Shown here: positions 27,546 to 38,195 of the stretch, one piece after another | Layout of the letters: the number at the start of each line of letters is the position of its first letter | How positions within the stretch are numbered: the first letter of the stretch is position 1 | DNA from: Bryobacterales bacterium | GTDB lineage: Bacteria; Acidobacteriota; Terriglobia; Bryobacterales; UBA6623 | NCBI GenBank assembly: GCA_965203925.1 | Contig: OZ241924.1 | Location: forward strand, 768,629-832,628 | DNA length: 64,000 nt | Reading direction: 5' to 3' | Program-made: the position numbers and the translations under genes | Notes under the pieces: model-generated | What the model was told of the DNA's origin: nothing | Database searches by the model: none | Seen by the model: the letters and a program-made list of their open reading frames with translations, nothing else

Positions 27546-30494
27546 ATGACTCTAGTATTTCTGCGAATTCTCACTGTCGTGCTGGCACTGGCGGCCCTCG
27601 CATGGGCGCAATCCTCGACGCAGACGACTCTGCGCAATCCCCCCCGTGATGCCACGCACGCGCTCTTGGTGACCTTCGGGACCGGCGACACCTCCATGAC
27701 CCGGTGGGACGGGAGCCTGAGCGTGACGGCTGGCGAACTTGTCGAGCTCATCGGATACGAGATGGGCATCGAAGACATCATCCATCCGCCGAAGCGCTGG
27801 GAGCTGTCCACACGGCCGGCATTCCCGTTTAGCCGCCGCAACCACGACGAGGGCATTCTGGTGGACCTCCCACCGGAGACATACCTAACGCCTCGATTCT
27901 ATGTCTACCTGCGCGGCTCGGCCGCGACTGAGGTCGCCTTCGAGACAGCCCAAGGGGACTTCACGCTGAAGGTGGGGGATCTTGGCGAGGCCGGCACGGC
28001 GACGTTTCTCGACGGCAGGGCGGCCGTCGCTAGGGCGCCGATCGCGGCTCTCATGGGGCGCGGAGACCCTGGACCACCCCACGAGCGGCTCACGGACAAC
28101 GACTTCCCTTCGCTGGCGGTGGCCAGCAACGACGCGGTGTGGGTTGCCTACAGCGGCTTCTCGGGGGACTCCGATCGCGTTTTCGCGGATCGCATCCTCC
28201 CCGGACACAGCGGACCCACCGCGCACAGCCGGCACGCCGTCAGCGCCGCTGGCGGGGACGTGTACCGGACGGCGGTGTCGGAGGACGGCGAGGGCAAGAT
28301 CTGGGTGGTCTGGTCGGAACAGGTCGGCGGAAACTGGGATCTCTATGCCCGGGCCTTCGACGGCGATAACTGGACCAGCATCGAGCGCCTGACACGGGCC
28401 GCCCAGCCAGACATCCACCACAAGCTCGTCCGCGGCGACGATGGCACGATGCACTTGGTCTGGCAGGGCGCTCGGGGCGACCGGTTCGGCATCTTCCACC
28501 GCAGCTACGAGGCGTCCGCCGGCTGGGGCGCGGCCGCGCGGGTGAGCAGTGCCTCGGCGGGCAACTGCTGGGAGCCGTCCCTGGCGGTCGACGGCGACGG
28601 TACGGTCTATGTCGCTTGGGACCAGTACAGCGAGGCCACCGGGTACGACATCTACCTGGCCCACAAGCAAGGGCCGACATGGGCTCCGCCGCAGGCCGTG
28701 GCCGAGACGGGGCGCTTCGAGGCCTACGCAACCTTGGCTGCGGATCACCAAGACCGCATCTGGATGGCCTGGCACGAGTCCGGCATCAATTGGGGCAAGG
28801 ACTGGGGCTACCCGTTCGACATCCAGGCCAACGCCACCGGGCTGTACAACTCACGCGAGGTTCGCGTTGCAGTGTACGAAGGGGGACAGCTGCTTGCACC
28901 GGCAGAGGCCCTAGCGACTTCCCTGCCCGACCCCGGGCCGGGCAACAATTTCTTCGAGTACCCGCAGCTGGCAGTCGACGGCTCGAACCGCGTCTGGGCG
29001 TTCCTGCGCCATCGCCGCCCAATGCAGCACAACGTCTACTGGCGCACGCCCTCGCACCACGCCCTGTGGGAGATCTACGCAACGCACTACGACGGGGAGT
29101 CCTGGTCGCCGCTGCTGCTGATGCCGCACTCCACCGGCCGCACCGACATGCGCATCGAGGCTCAAGCGGACTCCACGGGCCGCCTTGTGGCGGCGTATCC
29201 TACGGATCGCAGGAGCTTCCGCGACTTCGTGAACATCATGCTGGACGTGTTCGTGACGAGGCTTCCGGCACTTGCCGGGGAAGCACGGCAGCCCAGCCTG
29301 GTCCCGCTCGCCCTGCCACCCGCAGCGGCGGCCCGCCAGCCGCCGAACCGCCCCGCCCGGGACATGCCCGCCAACGAGCCGGTGCACCCCAACGGGGAGC
29401 GGGACGTAGAGCGGATCCGGGCGTACGTCTACGACGTCAACGGTCGCCAGTACCGAATCTACCGGGGAGACATGCATCGCCACACGGAGATCTCGTGGGA
29501 TGGGTACAACGACGGCTCGACCGAGGACACCTACCGCTATGCCATCGACCCCGCCGCACTCGACTTCCTAGCGATCACGGAGCACAACTTCGGCGTGGCG
29601 GACGAGTACGACTGGTTCCGCAGCCAGAAATACGCCGATATTTTCCGCGTCGGCCAGGCATTTGTGCCGCTCTTCGCTTACGAGCGTTCGATCAAGTACC
29701 CCGGCGGCCACCGCAATGTCGTGTTCCCCTATCGCGGGGCCCCGATCTTGGACTACCAGCACTACGAGTGGGCAGTGGCCAGCAACTATACGCGGCAGGG
29801 ACCGGAACGCTTCTTCGCGTACCTGCGCAAGTACAAGGGCATCGCGATGGCCCACACGTCTGGCACCGACATGGGCACGGATTGGGCGGACTACGACCCG
29901 GAGGTGGAGCCCATCGTGGAGATCTACCAGAGTGACCGCAACAGCTACGAGTGCGCGGGCTGTTGGCGCTCAGCGCCGCCGGACGAGCCGAAGAAGCAGT
30001 TCGGGGGCTACAAGCCCGACGGCATGGTCTCCAAGGCGTGGGCCAAGGGCTACCGCCTAGGCGTGCAGGCGAGTTCGGACCATCTCGGCGTGCACACGGC
30101 TTATTCGATGCTGCTGGCCGAGGAGAACTCTCGCCAAGGGCTTGTCGACGCAATTCGAGCCCGCCACACCTACGGCGCTACGGACAACATCATCGTGGAC
30201 TTCCGCCTCGTCGAGGGCGGGCGGGAGCACCTCATGGGAGAGGAAGTGGCCATCTCAGGCCCGCCGACATTCCAAGTGCACGTTGAGGGCACCGACAACC
30301 TCGGCGAAGTCGAGATCGTGAAGAACAACAGTCGCGTCTACCGGCAGACACCAGACGCCCAGACGGTCGACTTCGAGTACACCGACAGTGCCGCTCCGGG
30401 AGAGGAGGCCGACTTCTACTATCTCCGGGTGCGTCAGTCGGACCGTGACAGACAGGTCGCCTGGAGCTCGCCGATCTGGGTCACCTCCCCCTAA
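27546..30494 (+). CDS. Large secreted protein: beta-propeller-like repeats plus C-terminal PHP-type metallohydrolase (DUF3604/CehA-McbA-like)
   Basis: Signal peptide, repeats of P-x-L-A-V-D-x-x-G-x-x-W-V-x-W type, GDMHRHTE, DFLAITEHN, GGHRNV, MAHT, ASSDH, ARHTYGAT, FYYLRVRQ, AWSSPIW. Confidence 0.75.
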   Translation: MTLVFLRILTVVLALAALAWAQSSTQTTLRNPPRDATHALLVTFGTGDTSMTRWDGSLSVTAGELVELIGYEMGIEDIIHPPKRWELSTRPAFPFSRRNHDEGILVDLPPETYLTPRFYVYLRGSAATEVAFETAQGDFTLKVGDLGEAGTATFLDGRAAVARAPIAALMGRGDPGPPHERLTDNDFPSLAVASNDAVWVAYSGFSGDSDRVFADRILPGHSGPTAHSRHAVSAAGGDVYRTAVSEDGEGKIWVVWSEQVGGNWDLYARAFDGDNWTSIERLTRAAQPDIHHKLVRGDDGTMHLVWQGARGDRFGIFHRSYEASAGWGAAARVSSASAGNCWEPSLAVDGDGTVYVAWDQYSEATGYDIYLAHKQGPTWAPPQAVAETGRFEAYATLAADHQDRIWMAWHESGINWGKDWGYPFDIQANATGLYNSREVRVAVYEGGQLLAPAEALATSLPDPGPGNNFFEYPQLAVDGSNRVWAFLRHRRPMQHNVYWRTPSHHALWEIYATHYDGESWSPLLLMPHSTGRTDMRIEAQADSTGRLVAAYPTDRRSFRDFVNIMLDVFVTRLPALAGEARQPSLVPLALPPAAAARQPPNRPARDMPANEPVHPNGERDVERIRAYVYDVNGRQYRIYRGDMHRHTEISWDGYNDGSTEDTYRYAIDPAALDFLAITEHNFGVADEYDWFRSQKYADIFRVGQAFVPLFAYERSIKYPGGHRNVVFPYRGAPILDYQHYEWAVASNYTRQGPERFFAYLRKYKGIAMAHTSGTDMGTDWADYDPEVEPIVEIYQSDRNSYECAGCWRSAPPDEPKKQFGGYKPDGMVSKAWAKGYRLGVQASSDHLGVHTAYSMLLAEENSRQGLVDAIRARHTYGATDNIIVDFRLVEGGREHLMGEEVAISGPPTFQVHVEGTDNLGEVEIVKNNSRVYRQTPDAQTVDFEYTDSAAPGEEADFYYLRVRQSDRDRQVAWSSPIWVTSP

Positions 30495-30561
30495 TCGAAT
30501 GGCCTTGTCTCGACAGGAGGCGAGCATCGGTGCGCCATCGCTCGGCGCAGCGGGCGGGCTC

Positions 30562-33500
30562 ATGCACAGGCAGCGACCGATAGCGATCGCGGGGAGACTC
30601 GTTTGGGCCACGATTGGCCTGTTCTTGGCCACCCTGATGATGGTGGCCGGCATCGGGGCGCAATCGTTCCAAGGCGGGATCCGCGGAAGTGTCCAAGACA
30701 CGGCCGGCGGTGTGATACCGGGGGCGAGCTTGACCCTCGAGGACGCCAACACGGGAACCGTGCGCCGTACGTCCTCCAACGAGACCGGGGAGTACTCGTT
30801 CGCCAACGTCAGCCCGGGAACCTATTCGATTCTCGCGGAACTGGAGGGATTCGCCAGCTCACGCCACGAAGGGCTGACCGTGGGCATCTCTGTCTCCCTA
30901 GTCGAGGACATCACCTTAGAGCTCGGCGGCCTGGACCAGACGCTTACGGTCAGCTCGGCGGCCCCAATGATCGAGAACGGCTCGGCGTCAGTCGCCTCGA
31001 TGATTGACCGCAAGCAGATCGAGAGCCTTCCCTCGCCCGGCCGGAACGTGTTCATTCTGGCGGTGACCACGCCGAACGTGGTCCACACCGGAAACCCAGT
31101 CTGGGTCAAGCAGTCGGACCAGACCAACTCCTCGCTACTGTCGCTGGGCGGGGGTCCGCTGCGCGGGAACAACTACACAATCGACGGCGTCTCGATGACC
31201 GACTTGCGAAACCGGTCGGTCATCATCCCGATCTTCGAAGCGGTCGAGGAGCTGAAGATCCAGACCAATACCTACGACGCCGAGATGGGCCGGACCGGCG
31301 GGGGCGTGTTCAACACGATCCACCGCCGCGGCACGAACGAGTGGGCGGGCAGCGCGCACTACCAGTTCCGACCCGGCCAGCTGGACACGGTGTGGAGAAG
31401 GCTGGCGTACTTCCAGCAGCGGGACATCGATAGGGGGCTGATCGGCCGCGATGATCTGGGCAGCGCGCCCTACAACCTGGCCGGCGGCGCGTTCGGCGGA
31501 CCGATCCGGCGCGGCCGGACCTTCTTCTGGGTCGCATCAGAAGGGTACTCGGACGATGCGATCGGCAACACCACGATCACCCTGCCGACGCCCGCCGAAG
31601 CGACAGGAGACTTCTCCGAGAGTGGCGCAACCATCTATGACCCGGCCAGCCTCGATTCTGGCGGCGCCAGATCACCGCTGCCCAACAATCGCCTGCCGCC
31701 TGAACGCCTGGATCCCACCGGCACGGCCCTTGCAGGCCTGCTCTCGAGCCTTGGCCCGGGCGGACGCATCTCGACGTCCGGCATTCAGACCGTCCGAGCG
31801 ATCCAGACCACGGGCAACCTGAGCCACTCGGCAGGCGAGAAGTGGACCTTCTCCGGCACTTTCCTGCACTACCAGTCACGGGAGCCGCTCTTCGGCCACT
31901 ACCAAGACCTGCTGAACTCCGACACGCGGCCAGCCTTCAGCATCGGAGCCTCGACGCTCGGCAGGCGGGTCGAGGCACTGGCGCTGAACGCCAGCACGGT
32001 ACTGACGGCCTCTTCAGTGCTGACCATGCGCTACGGGCAGACGTACTTCGACGACTCTTGGTCGAGCCCGAACTTCAGCGAGCAGGACCTGAGGCAGCAG
32101 ATCGGAATCCAGGGCAGTTTCCTGGACAAAATCTACGCGCAGGAGGGCTACTTGGGTCAGTTCCCCGCCATCAGCGTGACCGACTACGGAAACGGCGGCC
32201 AGACACACGGAGCGCGCACCAACGACGATGTCAACTGGACCTCACGCGAAGCGAGCGGATCCTACTCTGTCCTCGTCGGCAACCATACGCTGAAGCTTGG
32301 CGCCCAGTGGAGGCGGCTGGGGCTTCACAGCGCGAGCTTCGGCAACGGCTTCTCGATGGATTTTGCAAAGCGCTTCACGCAGGGCCCAGACCCGCTGCGA
32401 CCGGTCACGGGCTCGGGCAACGCCCTGGCGGAGCTTCTGCTCGGGATTCCAAACGGCGGGAATGCCACTCTGGCGACACCTGCCGACTTTTTCGTGGACT
32501 ATTTCGGGGGATTCCTTCAGGACGACTGGCGGGTCTCTCCCGGCTTGGTTCTCAACCTCGGCCTGCGAATCGAGCACGAGTCCGGCCTGCGGGAACACGG
32601 CAGCGACTTCGCGGTCGGCTGGGAACGGGGCAAGGCCTTCCCCGCACAAGTCGGCACGGCTGCGGACCTTGAGCAGTCCCTGCCTGGATTTCCGCTCAAG
32701 GGAGGGCTGATGTACGCCGGCGTGGACGGCAACCCGGACCATCAGTGGAACCCTCCGGCTGTCAAGCTTGGCCCGCGAGTGGGCTTCGCTTACTCGCTGG
32801 ACTCGGCGACCGTCGTCCGCGGAGGGCTTGCGGTCTTCTGGGCCCCGTACGCGATCCCGCGCGACACCGGCGCCTCCTACACGGGGACGTACGGATTCAC
32901 GGCCGTCACGAACCTGCCCGCGAGCGTAGATGGCATCGTGCCACCCGTGGCCACGGCCTCGAATCCGTTCCCGCACGGAATCCTCGATCCGACTGGCAAC
33001 GCGAGCGGACGCTTCCAGAACATTGGCGGAGACGTGTACTTCAACGACCAGCACCGCGATTCGCCGTACATCACGAAGTGGTCGCTGGACATTCAGCGCG
33101 AGATCAAGAAGGACCTGGCCGTGAAAGTCGGCTATGTCGGCAGCCGGGGATCCGACCTGCCTATCGGGGGAACGCTCGACTCGGTCATCAACATCAACCA
33201 GCTGGCCGATCCGTACCTTGAACTCGGAGACAGGCTGAACGACAGGCGAGAGAACCCCTTCCGCGGGGATGCTAGGTTCGGCGAATTCGCCGGCGAAGCC
33301 CTGCTTCCGCTGGGACAGCTGCTGCGGCCGTTCCCGCACTTCCGGAACGTCTATGCGCGTCACGTCACGGCAGGCAAGTCGGCATATCACAGCCTTCGCG
33401 CGGAACTCGAACGCCGCTTCGGCCGATCGTGGGGTGCCCGGGTGAACTACACGCGCACCATCCATCACGACAACGTGTACGAGGACAACACCCTCGGGGA

Positions 33501-34107
33501 GAGCCTGACGTCGCAGATCTACAACACGCCGGACGCATGCGCGTCGGGCAAATGCCCAGTGCTCGAGTCGGACTACTCGCCTTCCAGGCTGCACGTGCCG
33601 CATCAGGCGAACATCAACCTGAACTACCAGACGAAGGCGCGAGGCCGGATCTTTGGTGGATGGGGGCTCTCCATATCGGGGACGCTCAGGAGCGGCTTTC
33701 CGCTGGTGATCACGCAGAACGAGAATCCGCTGCAGGCGTACGGGTTCGGGCACCAGCGGCCGGAGAGCGTGCGCGTCTCCGCCGCGGAAGACCCCGGCAG
33801 GGATCCGGAACGCTACTTGAGGGCCGACTCCATCGTCCCAACCGAGGGATTGAGGATCGGCGGAGGTCCGCACACAACGAATGAGGCACGCACGCCCTCC
33901 CTGTTCAATTGGGACACTTCGGCCGAGAAGAACATTCGGCTGTCAGAGAACACCAGGATCACGCTGCGGTTCGAATTCATCAACGTTCTGAACAACGTCA
34001 ACTGGCGCGGGCCCAGGACCGTGTTCGGGTCCGATGACTTCGGCAGCATTCCAGGCACGCGCGGGTTCCCCCGGACCTTCCAACTAATGGCCAAGCTTGC
34101 TTTCTAG
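30562..34107 (+). CDS. TonB-dependent receptor, Oar/carboxypeptidase-regulatory-domain type
   Basis: Signal peptide, GIRGSVQDTAGGVIPGASLTL, IESLPSPGRN, YDAEMGRTGGG, QDDWRVSPGLVLNLGLR, GPRVGFAY, C-terminal PRTFQLMAKLAF. Start uncertain (30562 or later). Confidence 0.9.
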   Translation: MHRQRPIAIAGRLVWATIGLFLATLMMVAGIGAQSFQGGIRGSVQDTAGGVIPGASLTLEDANTGTVRRTSSNETGEYSFANVSPGTYSILAELEGFASSRHEGLTVGISVSLVEDITLELGGLDQTLTVSSAAPMIENGSASVASMIDRKQIESLPSPGRNVFILAVTTPNVVHTGNPVWVKQSDQTNSSLLSLGGGPLRGNNYTIDGVSMTDLRNRSVIIPIFEAVEELKIQTNTYDAEMGRTGGGVFNTIHRRGTNEWAGSAHYQFRPGQLDTVWRRLAYFQQRDIDRGLIGRDDLGSAPYNLAGGAFGGPIRRGRTFFWVASEGYSDDAIGNTTITLPTPAEATGDFSESGATIYDPASLDSGGARSPLPNNRLPPERLDPTGTALAGLLSSLGPGGRISTSGIQTVRAIQTTGNLSHSAGEKWTFSGTFLHYQSREPLFGHYQDLLNSDTRPAFSIGASTLGRRVEALALNASTVLTASSVLTMRYGQTYFDDSWSSPNFSEQDLRQQIGIQGSFLDKIYAQEGYLGQFPAISVTDYGNGGQTHGARTNDDVNWTSREASGSYSVLVGNHTLKLGAQWRRLGLHSASFGNGFSMDFAKRFTQGPDPLRPVTGSGNALAELLLGIPNGGNATLATPADFFVDYFGGFLQDDWRVSPGLVLNLGLRIEHESGLREHGSDFAVGWERGKAFPAQVGTAADLEQSLPGFPLKGGLMYAGVDGNPDHQWNPPAVKLGPRVGFAYSLDSATVVRGGLAVFWAPYAIPRDTGASYTGTYGFTAVTNLPASVDGIVPPVATASNPFPHGILDPTGNASGRFQNIGGDVYFNDQHRDSPYITKWSLDIQREIKKDLAVKVGYVGSRGSDLPIGGTLDSVININQLADPYLELGDRLNDRRENPFRGDARFGEFAGEALLPLGQLLRPFPHFRNVYARHVTAGKSAYHSLRAELERRFGRSWGARVNYTRTIHHDNVYEDNTLGESLTSQIYNTPDACASGKCPVLESDYSPSRLHVPHQANINLNYQTKARGRIFGGWGLSISGTLRSGFPLVITQNENPLQAYGFGHQRPESVRVSAAEDPGRDPERYLRADSIVPTEGLRIGGGPHTTNEARTPSLFNWDTSAEKNIRLSENTRITLRFEFINVLNNVNWRGPRTVFGSDDFGSIPGTRGFPRTFQLMAKLAF

Positions 34108-34167
34108 CTCCGGCGCAACGGTCAAGAGCGAGCTCTGCATCTATCGAATCTGTGGCCAGTGATTCGC

Positions 34168-35166
34168 CTACGGTTGCGGTCGCTTCGTAAACCGCCGACC
34201 TCGCTCTGCAGCCTCTCGGCTGCGCGTCGCTCCGATCCGCGTGCCTTCGCCCAAGCGTTCCTCAACGTTCTCAACAGTCACAACGTCGAGGAATGCAATC
34301 CCGGCCGCCTGCGTCGCCTCCAAGACCGTCTGGCGGGCTTGCTCGACGATCTGCGGATACGGCGGGTCGTGGATCTCCGGGTAGCCGAGAGAAAGACCCA
34401 TGTCACCAGGGCCCCATTCTGCGTACCCGACACCCGGCACGCTCGCAGAGTGCTCGGCAACGGCCAATGCGTACCTGTCCTCGATCTTTAGCCCGATCAG
34501 GATCTCTCCTTCCGGATTCAAAGGCCAGACATCCGCCCGGCGCATGTATTCCTGCGGGGACAGCCCCCAGATTTGAGCCGCGTTGGCTTGCCCTCCGTTA
34601 CCGCGCAACCCCTCCTTGAGCGGCCCTCCGTCCACACCTTGCCGGTGGTGGGGAAAGCGGGCCGCCCGAACAAACTCCCGAACAGCCGCCGGGTCGCGCG
34701 CATGACAGAGCGTGATCCCGTGGACGCCAGCAGCAAGAATCTGCTGCACGACCCAGTGATTCGCACGCACCGTCGCGGCATCATAACCGCTAAACGGAAC
34801 GACGACTTGGACGGTCGGTGTACGGTGTCCGCTGGGCGTCGGACCGCCTTGAACCAGCCCGGCCATGAACTCGCGTAGCTCGGCCACGTCGTAGGGGCCG
34901 AACTCCATCTCGTAGATGATCAGATCCGCCCAGGTCTGCGCCAAGCGAAGACCCTCCTTGAACCCGCCCTGACTTCCACCGCGACCTTCGGTGAAGTAGT
35001 AGATCGGCTGATCTTGAGCGAGCAGTTCGATCGCTTTGTTGATGCGTGTCGGCTTGGGAAGCGGGTTTTGGTCTGCGGCGAACAAGAATGCTGCGCCGGA
35101 GACGATTGGAAGTACCCAACCACCCCGTAAGACCAAGGTCGGTTTTCTCATTGTCTTTGGCTCCAT
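34168..35166 (-). CDS. HpcH/HpaI aldolase-fold protein with an apparent signal peptide
   Basis: INKAIELL, WADLIIYEMEFG, ILAAGVHGI, GLKIED, WGPGDMGLS. Hydrophobic N-terminus ending AAFLFAA. Confidence 0.72.
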   Translation of the reverse strand: MEPKTMRKPTLVLRGGWVLPIVSGAAFLFAADQNPLPKPTRINKAIELLAQDQPIYYFTEGRGGSQGGFKEGLRLAQTWADLIIYEMEFGPYDVAELREFMAGLVQGGPTPSGHRTPTVQVVVPFSGYDAATVRANHWVVQQILAAGVHGITLCHARDPAAVREFVRAARFPHHRQGVDGGPLKEGLRGNGGQANAAQIWGLSPQEYMRRADVWPLNPEGEILIGLKIEDRYALAVAEHSASVPGVGYAEWGPGDMGLSLGYPEIHDPPYPQIVEQARQTVLEATQAAGIAFLDVVTVENVEERLGEGTRIGATRSREAAERGRRFTKRPQP

Positions 35167-35341
35167 GACTTCGCTAGTGACTCAACTGTACCTGCTCACA
35201 TCCTTGGTCTCGGTCAGCCGTAGCGGTGCTCCATCGAGGTTAGGGCCACGGACGCAGTGCCCTGCTCGTAGGATGGTTGGGCCTGCGGTGATGGTTCTCA
35301 CGGCGAATCAGCTGGCGTTCGACGCGCTGATGGCGCGATGT

Positions 35342-35461
35342 GACAAGCCGATTCTCCCGTCGAGTGCTTATTGCACGATCCGATCCGAACCGCACTAGGC
35401 GCTGTACGATGGAGCCGTATCCGGCTCGGCCCCGACCAAGCCACCATAAGGAACCGTAATG
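35342..35461 (+). repeat. 120-bp direct repeat, copy 1 (leader + RBS AAGGA + ATG)
   Basis: gacaagccgattctccc...ccataaggaaccgtaATG. Matches 41600-41719 with three substitutions. Confidence 0.95.
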
Positions 35462-36786
35462 CCGTCACTCCGCAGGCGATGTTCCAGATCCTTGCGGGAC
35501 TTGGAGACATCCAGCAACCCAAACGCCCTCTCGAGTGGCCCCGCAACTTGCTTGGCAAACGCCCCCGTCGGTGCCCGGTCCAGACCCGCTTCGGGCTTCG
35601 CGGGCCCAGTTTCGGAAAGGCGCTCAGCGCCCTGTCAACACGCTGGGGAGAGACGATCGCGCTCCCAATGGCGGGGCCGCGGCCAACTGGCTCGGCCTAA
35701 CGACACAGAACTCGGTTTGCTGCCTTTACCTCACCTCCGGCCCCAACTGTCTCCAGCACTTCGATACCCATCCGGTCGAATTGCTCCGCGCACTACGGTG
35801 GCAACTGGCTTCGCCACACCGAACGGCCGAAGTCGTCATCCGCGCCATCGCGAGGCTTGGTCCGGTAGAGGTTGAGAACAGCCTGGACGCCGTCCTGCTA
35901 GCGCTCTCCGGGGAAGATCTGCATAAGCTTGCCGCCGCACGTGTCCACATACCGACACGGATGGCTGAATCGTAGAGCGCTCGCCTTGCCGATGGATGCT
36001 GCAGCGTATTCTTCTTTCTCGGCCAACGAAGGGCGTTACGCCCTGCAAGTGGCGGGGCGAGTTGGCGACCGGTCCGTCGGCGGATGCCATCCTGCACAGT
36101 CTGACGGGCTCACAACCGGCGTGGGTGTCCGAGCGGAGACATCCGGTGCAGGCTTGGGCGAACTGTGTAGACCGGCTCAAGGCAGGGGAAGAGATGGACC
36201 CTGCGCCTCGCGCCGGTGCTGAACCCCCTTCCCGGGGGGATAATTGCAGCGGGGAGCGAATCGCCGGGACAGTTGGCATTAGGGTGTCCCACGGCGACAA
36301 GGCCCGGGCCGTGGCGGATGTCCCTTCCCATGTCTCCGGCCGGTAGAATGGCAAGAACATCCGAGTCGTGCCCGGCCGTCGGGTGAAACGTGCGGACAGG
36401 CGATGGATGCTGGTCTGAAGCGCCGATGCCGGGAAGGATGGACCTAACGGCCCGGAATTCGCCCGCAGAAGCTGCGGAGCGGGGTTGGCGTTGTCTCTAC
36501 CCCTCGGAGAATCCAAACGTCCAAACCAACCCCACGCGCCAGATCCCGGCCTCCGGACGCTTTACTTCGACCACCTGCCCTCTCATGCTCAATGCCCGCG
36601 AACCCGCCGCCGTATTCGGCCTCGAACTGTCGTGGCCCTCGTTCTCATGTTGATCGTCGCGAGACATTTGCCACAGCGAATGCGGCAACTCCGGGCGTGG
36701 GCTCCGTCGGCTGTCGAAGCACCGAGGCTCGACGAGTCCCCGGCCATTGAGGCGAATGGCGGTCGATTCGGCCAGATGAGGGGAAC

Positions 36787-37917
36787 ATGAAGGTGCCGGA
36801 AGAGACCAAGTCCGACTCCCCGGCCCCGCACATGTTCTCAGCGGCCCCGCTGTGCATGTGGTGGAGGCTGATTCGAGAGAACGGAGGCATTACGCGTCCC
36901 TATTGGGGGAGGTTGGCGAAGGTGCTCGCTACGAGCCTTGCAACTGCACCCCTGCGCGTCCTGGAAAGCCTGTACTCGACACCGGCACTGGCTCGGACAC
37001 GCATCACCGAGCCGCCGGTGTACGTTCACGGCTTCGCGCGCAGTGGCACGACGTACCTGCACAACGTGTTGGCGCACGATCCAGGATTCGGATACGTGTC
37101 CACGTTTCAGGCGGCGGCGTCCCCGATGTTTCTGGTCGGCAGGGGCTGGCTGGAACGCATAATCGCGAAGAGGCTGCCGAAGAAGCGTCCGATGGACGAC
37201 ATGGCGGTGTCTCTGGAGCTGCCCCAGGAAGAGGACGTCGCCCTGGCCGGCATCTCGCATCTGTCGCCAATGCACTTCCTTTCCTTTCCGAACTCCGGGC
37301 CCGCAGTGCTGGAGAAGTTCGCCCGCATGCGGTTGACCTCCAGAGAACTCGCAGAGTGGGAACGAACGTACACCAAGGTGTTGCTCAAGGCGACGCTGGC
37401 GTCGCGCGGACGCCGACTCGTTCTGAAGAGTCCTGCCATGCTGGGTCGCACTTCGAGCATTCTGCGCCTCTTCCCCGACGCGAAGTTCATTTTCGTCGTG
37501 CGAAACCCCTACATCGTGTACTTGTCGGCGCTCAAACTCTACCGCACCATGGTGCCGATGTTCCAGCTGACGCCGGTCGACTGGAATGCCGTAGAGGTGG
37601 CGATGCGCGACAACTACGTGACGATGATGCGGAGGTACATGAGGCACCGCAAGGCGATCCCCGACGGCAACCTCATCGAGGTGCGTTTCGAAGAAGTCCT
37701 GGAAGATCCTCTAGGCGAGATCGAACGGATATACACGAGACTGAGTCTGCCGGACTGGAAACGGGCTCGCGGACCGATGGCAGAGTACCTGCAAACGCTG
37801 GTCGGCTACAAGGCGACACGCTACAGCATCCACCGAGAGACAATCGACATCGTCGACCGACACTGGGGATTCGCAGTCGGGGAATGGGGCTACGAGCCTC
37901 CCCAGCCCGACAAATAA
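36787..37917 (+). CDS. PAPS-dependent sulfotransferase, Stf3-like (Sulfotransfer_3)
   Basis: 5'-PSB loop PPVYVHGFARSGTTYLHNVL, KRPMDDMAVSLELPQEED, LVLKSP, 3'-PB FIFVVRNPY, IEVRFEEV. Confidence 0.88.
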   Translation: MKVPEETKSDSPAPHMFSAAPLCMWWRLIRENGGITRPYWGRLAKVLATSLATAPLRVLESLYSTPALARTRITEPPVYVHGFARSGTTYLHNVLAHDPGFGYVSTFQAAASPMFLVGRGWLERIIAKRLPKKRPMDDMAVSLELPQEEDVALAGISHLSPMHFLSFPNSGPAVLEKFARMRLTSRELAEWERTYTKVLLKATLASRGRRLVLKSPAMLGRTSSILRLFPDAKFIFVVRNPYIVYLSALKLYRTMVPMFQLTPVDWNAVEVAMRDNYVTMMRRYMRHRKAIPDGNLIEVRFEEVLEDPLGEIERIYTRLSLPDWKRARGPMAEYLQTLVGYKATRYSIHRETIDIVDRHWGFAVGEWGYEPPQPDK

Positions 37918-38195
37918 CCCGAACGTTCACCAAGAGACGTGCAAGCCCTATCGGTCTCGGCCGCCCCGAAGGGCCAGCGCCGCAACACAGCCTATCCACA
38001 GACAAACCGTGCGCGACGGACACAATCTTGCCGCCAGCTACAATTTACGGCAGCGCTCGTTGCCGGGTCCGGACAAGCGTCGTTCAGAAGCGTCGTCGCG
38101 GGAATGCCGACGGTTCGTTGGAAACGAAATCGAGCTGATCGAGGCTACAGTCGCCGAAGAGTATTGCCGAACCGTCAGAGTCTGTCCAGCCAACC

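Noticed and set aside
35459-35875. 138-aa ORF starting at the ATG of repeat copy 1
   Set aside because: It has an RBS and ATG only because of the duplication. The product is Arg/Ser/Pro-rich with no recognisable motif, so it is not called a gene.
36180-36300. Riboswitch-like look (GAACC...TAAT...GCGGGGAG) upstream of the sulfotransferase
   Set aside because: Lacks the CUGAGA element of TPP switches and the core of cobalamin switches; the resemblance is too partial. An Rfam scan would settle it.
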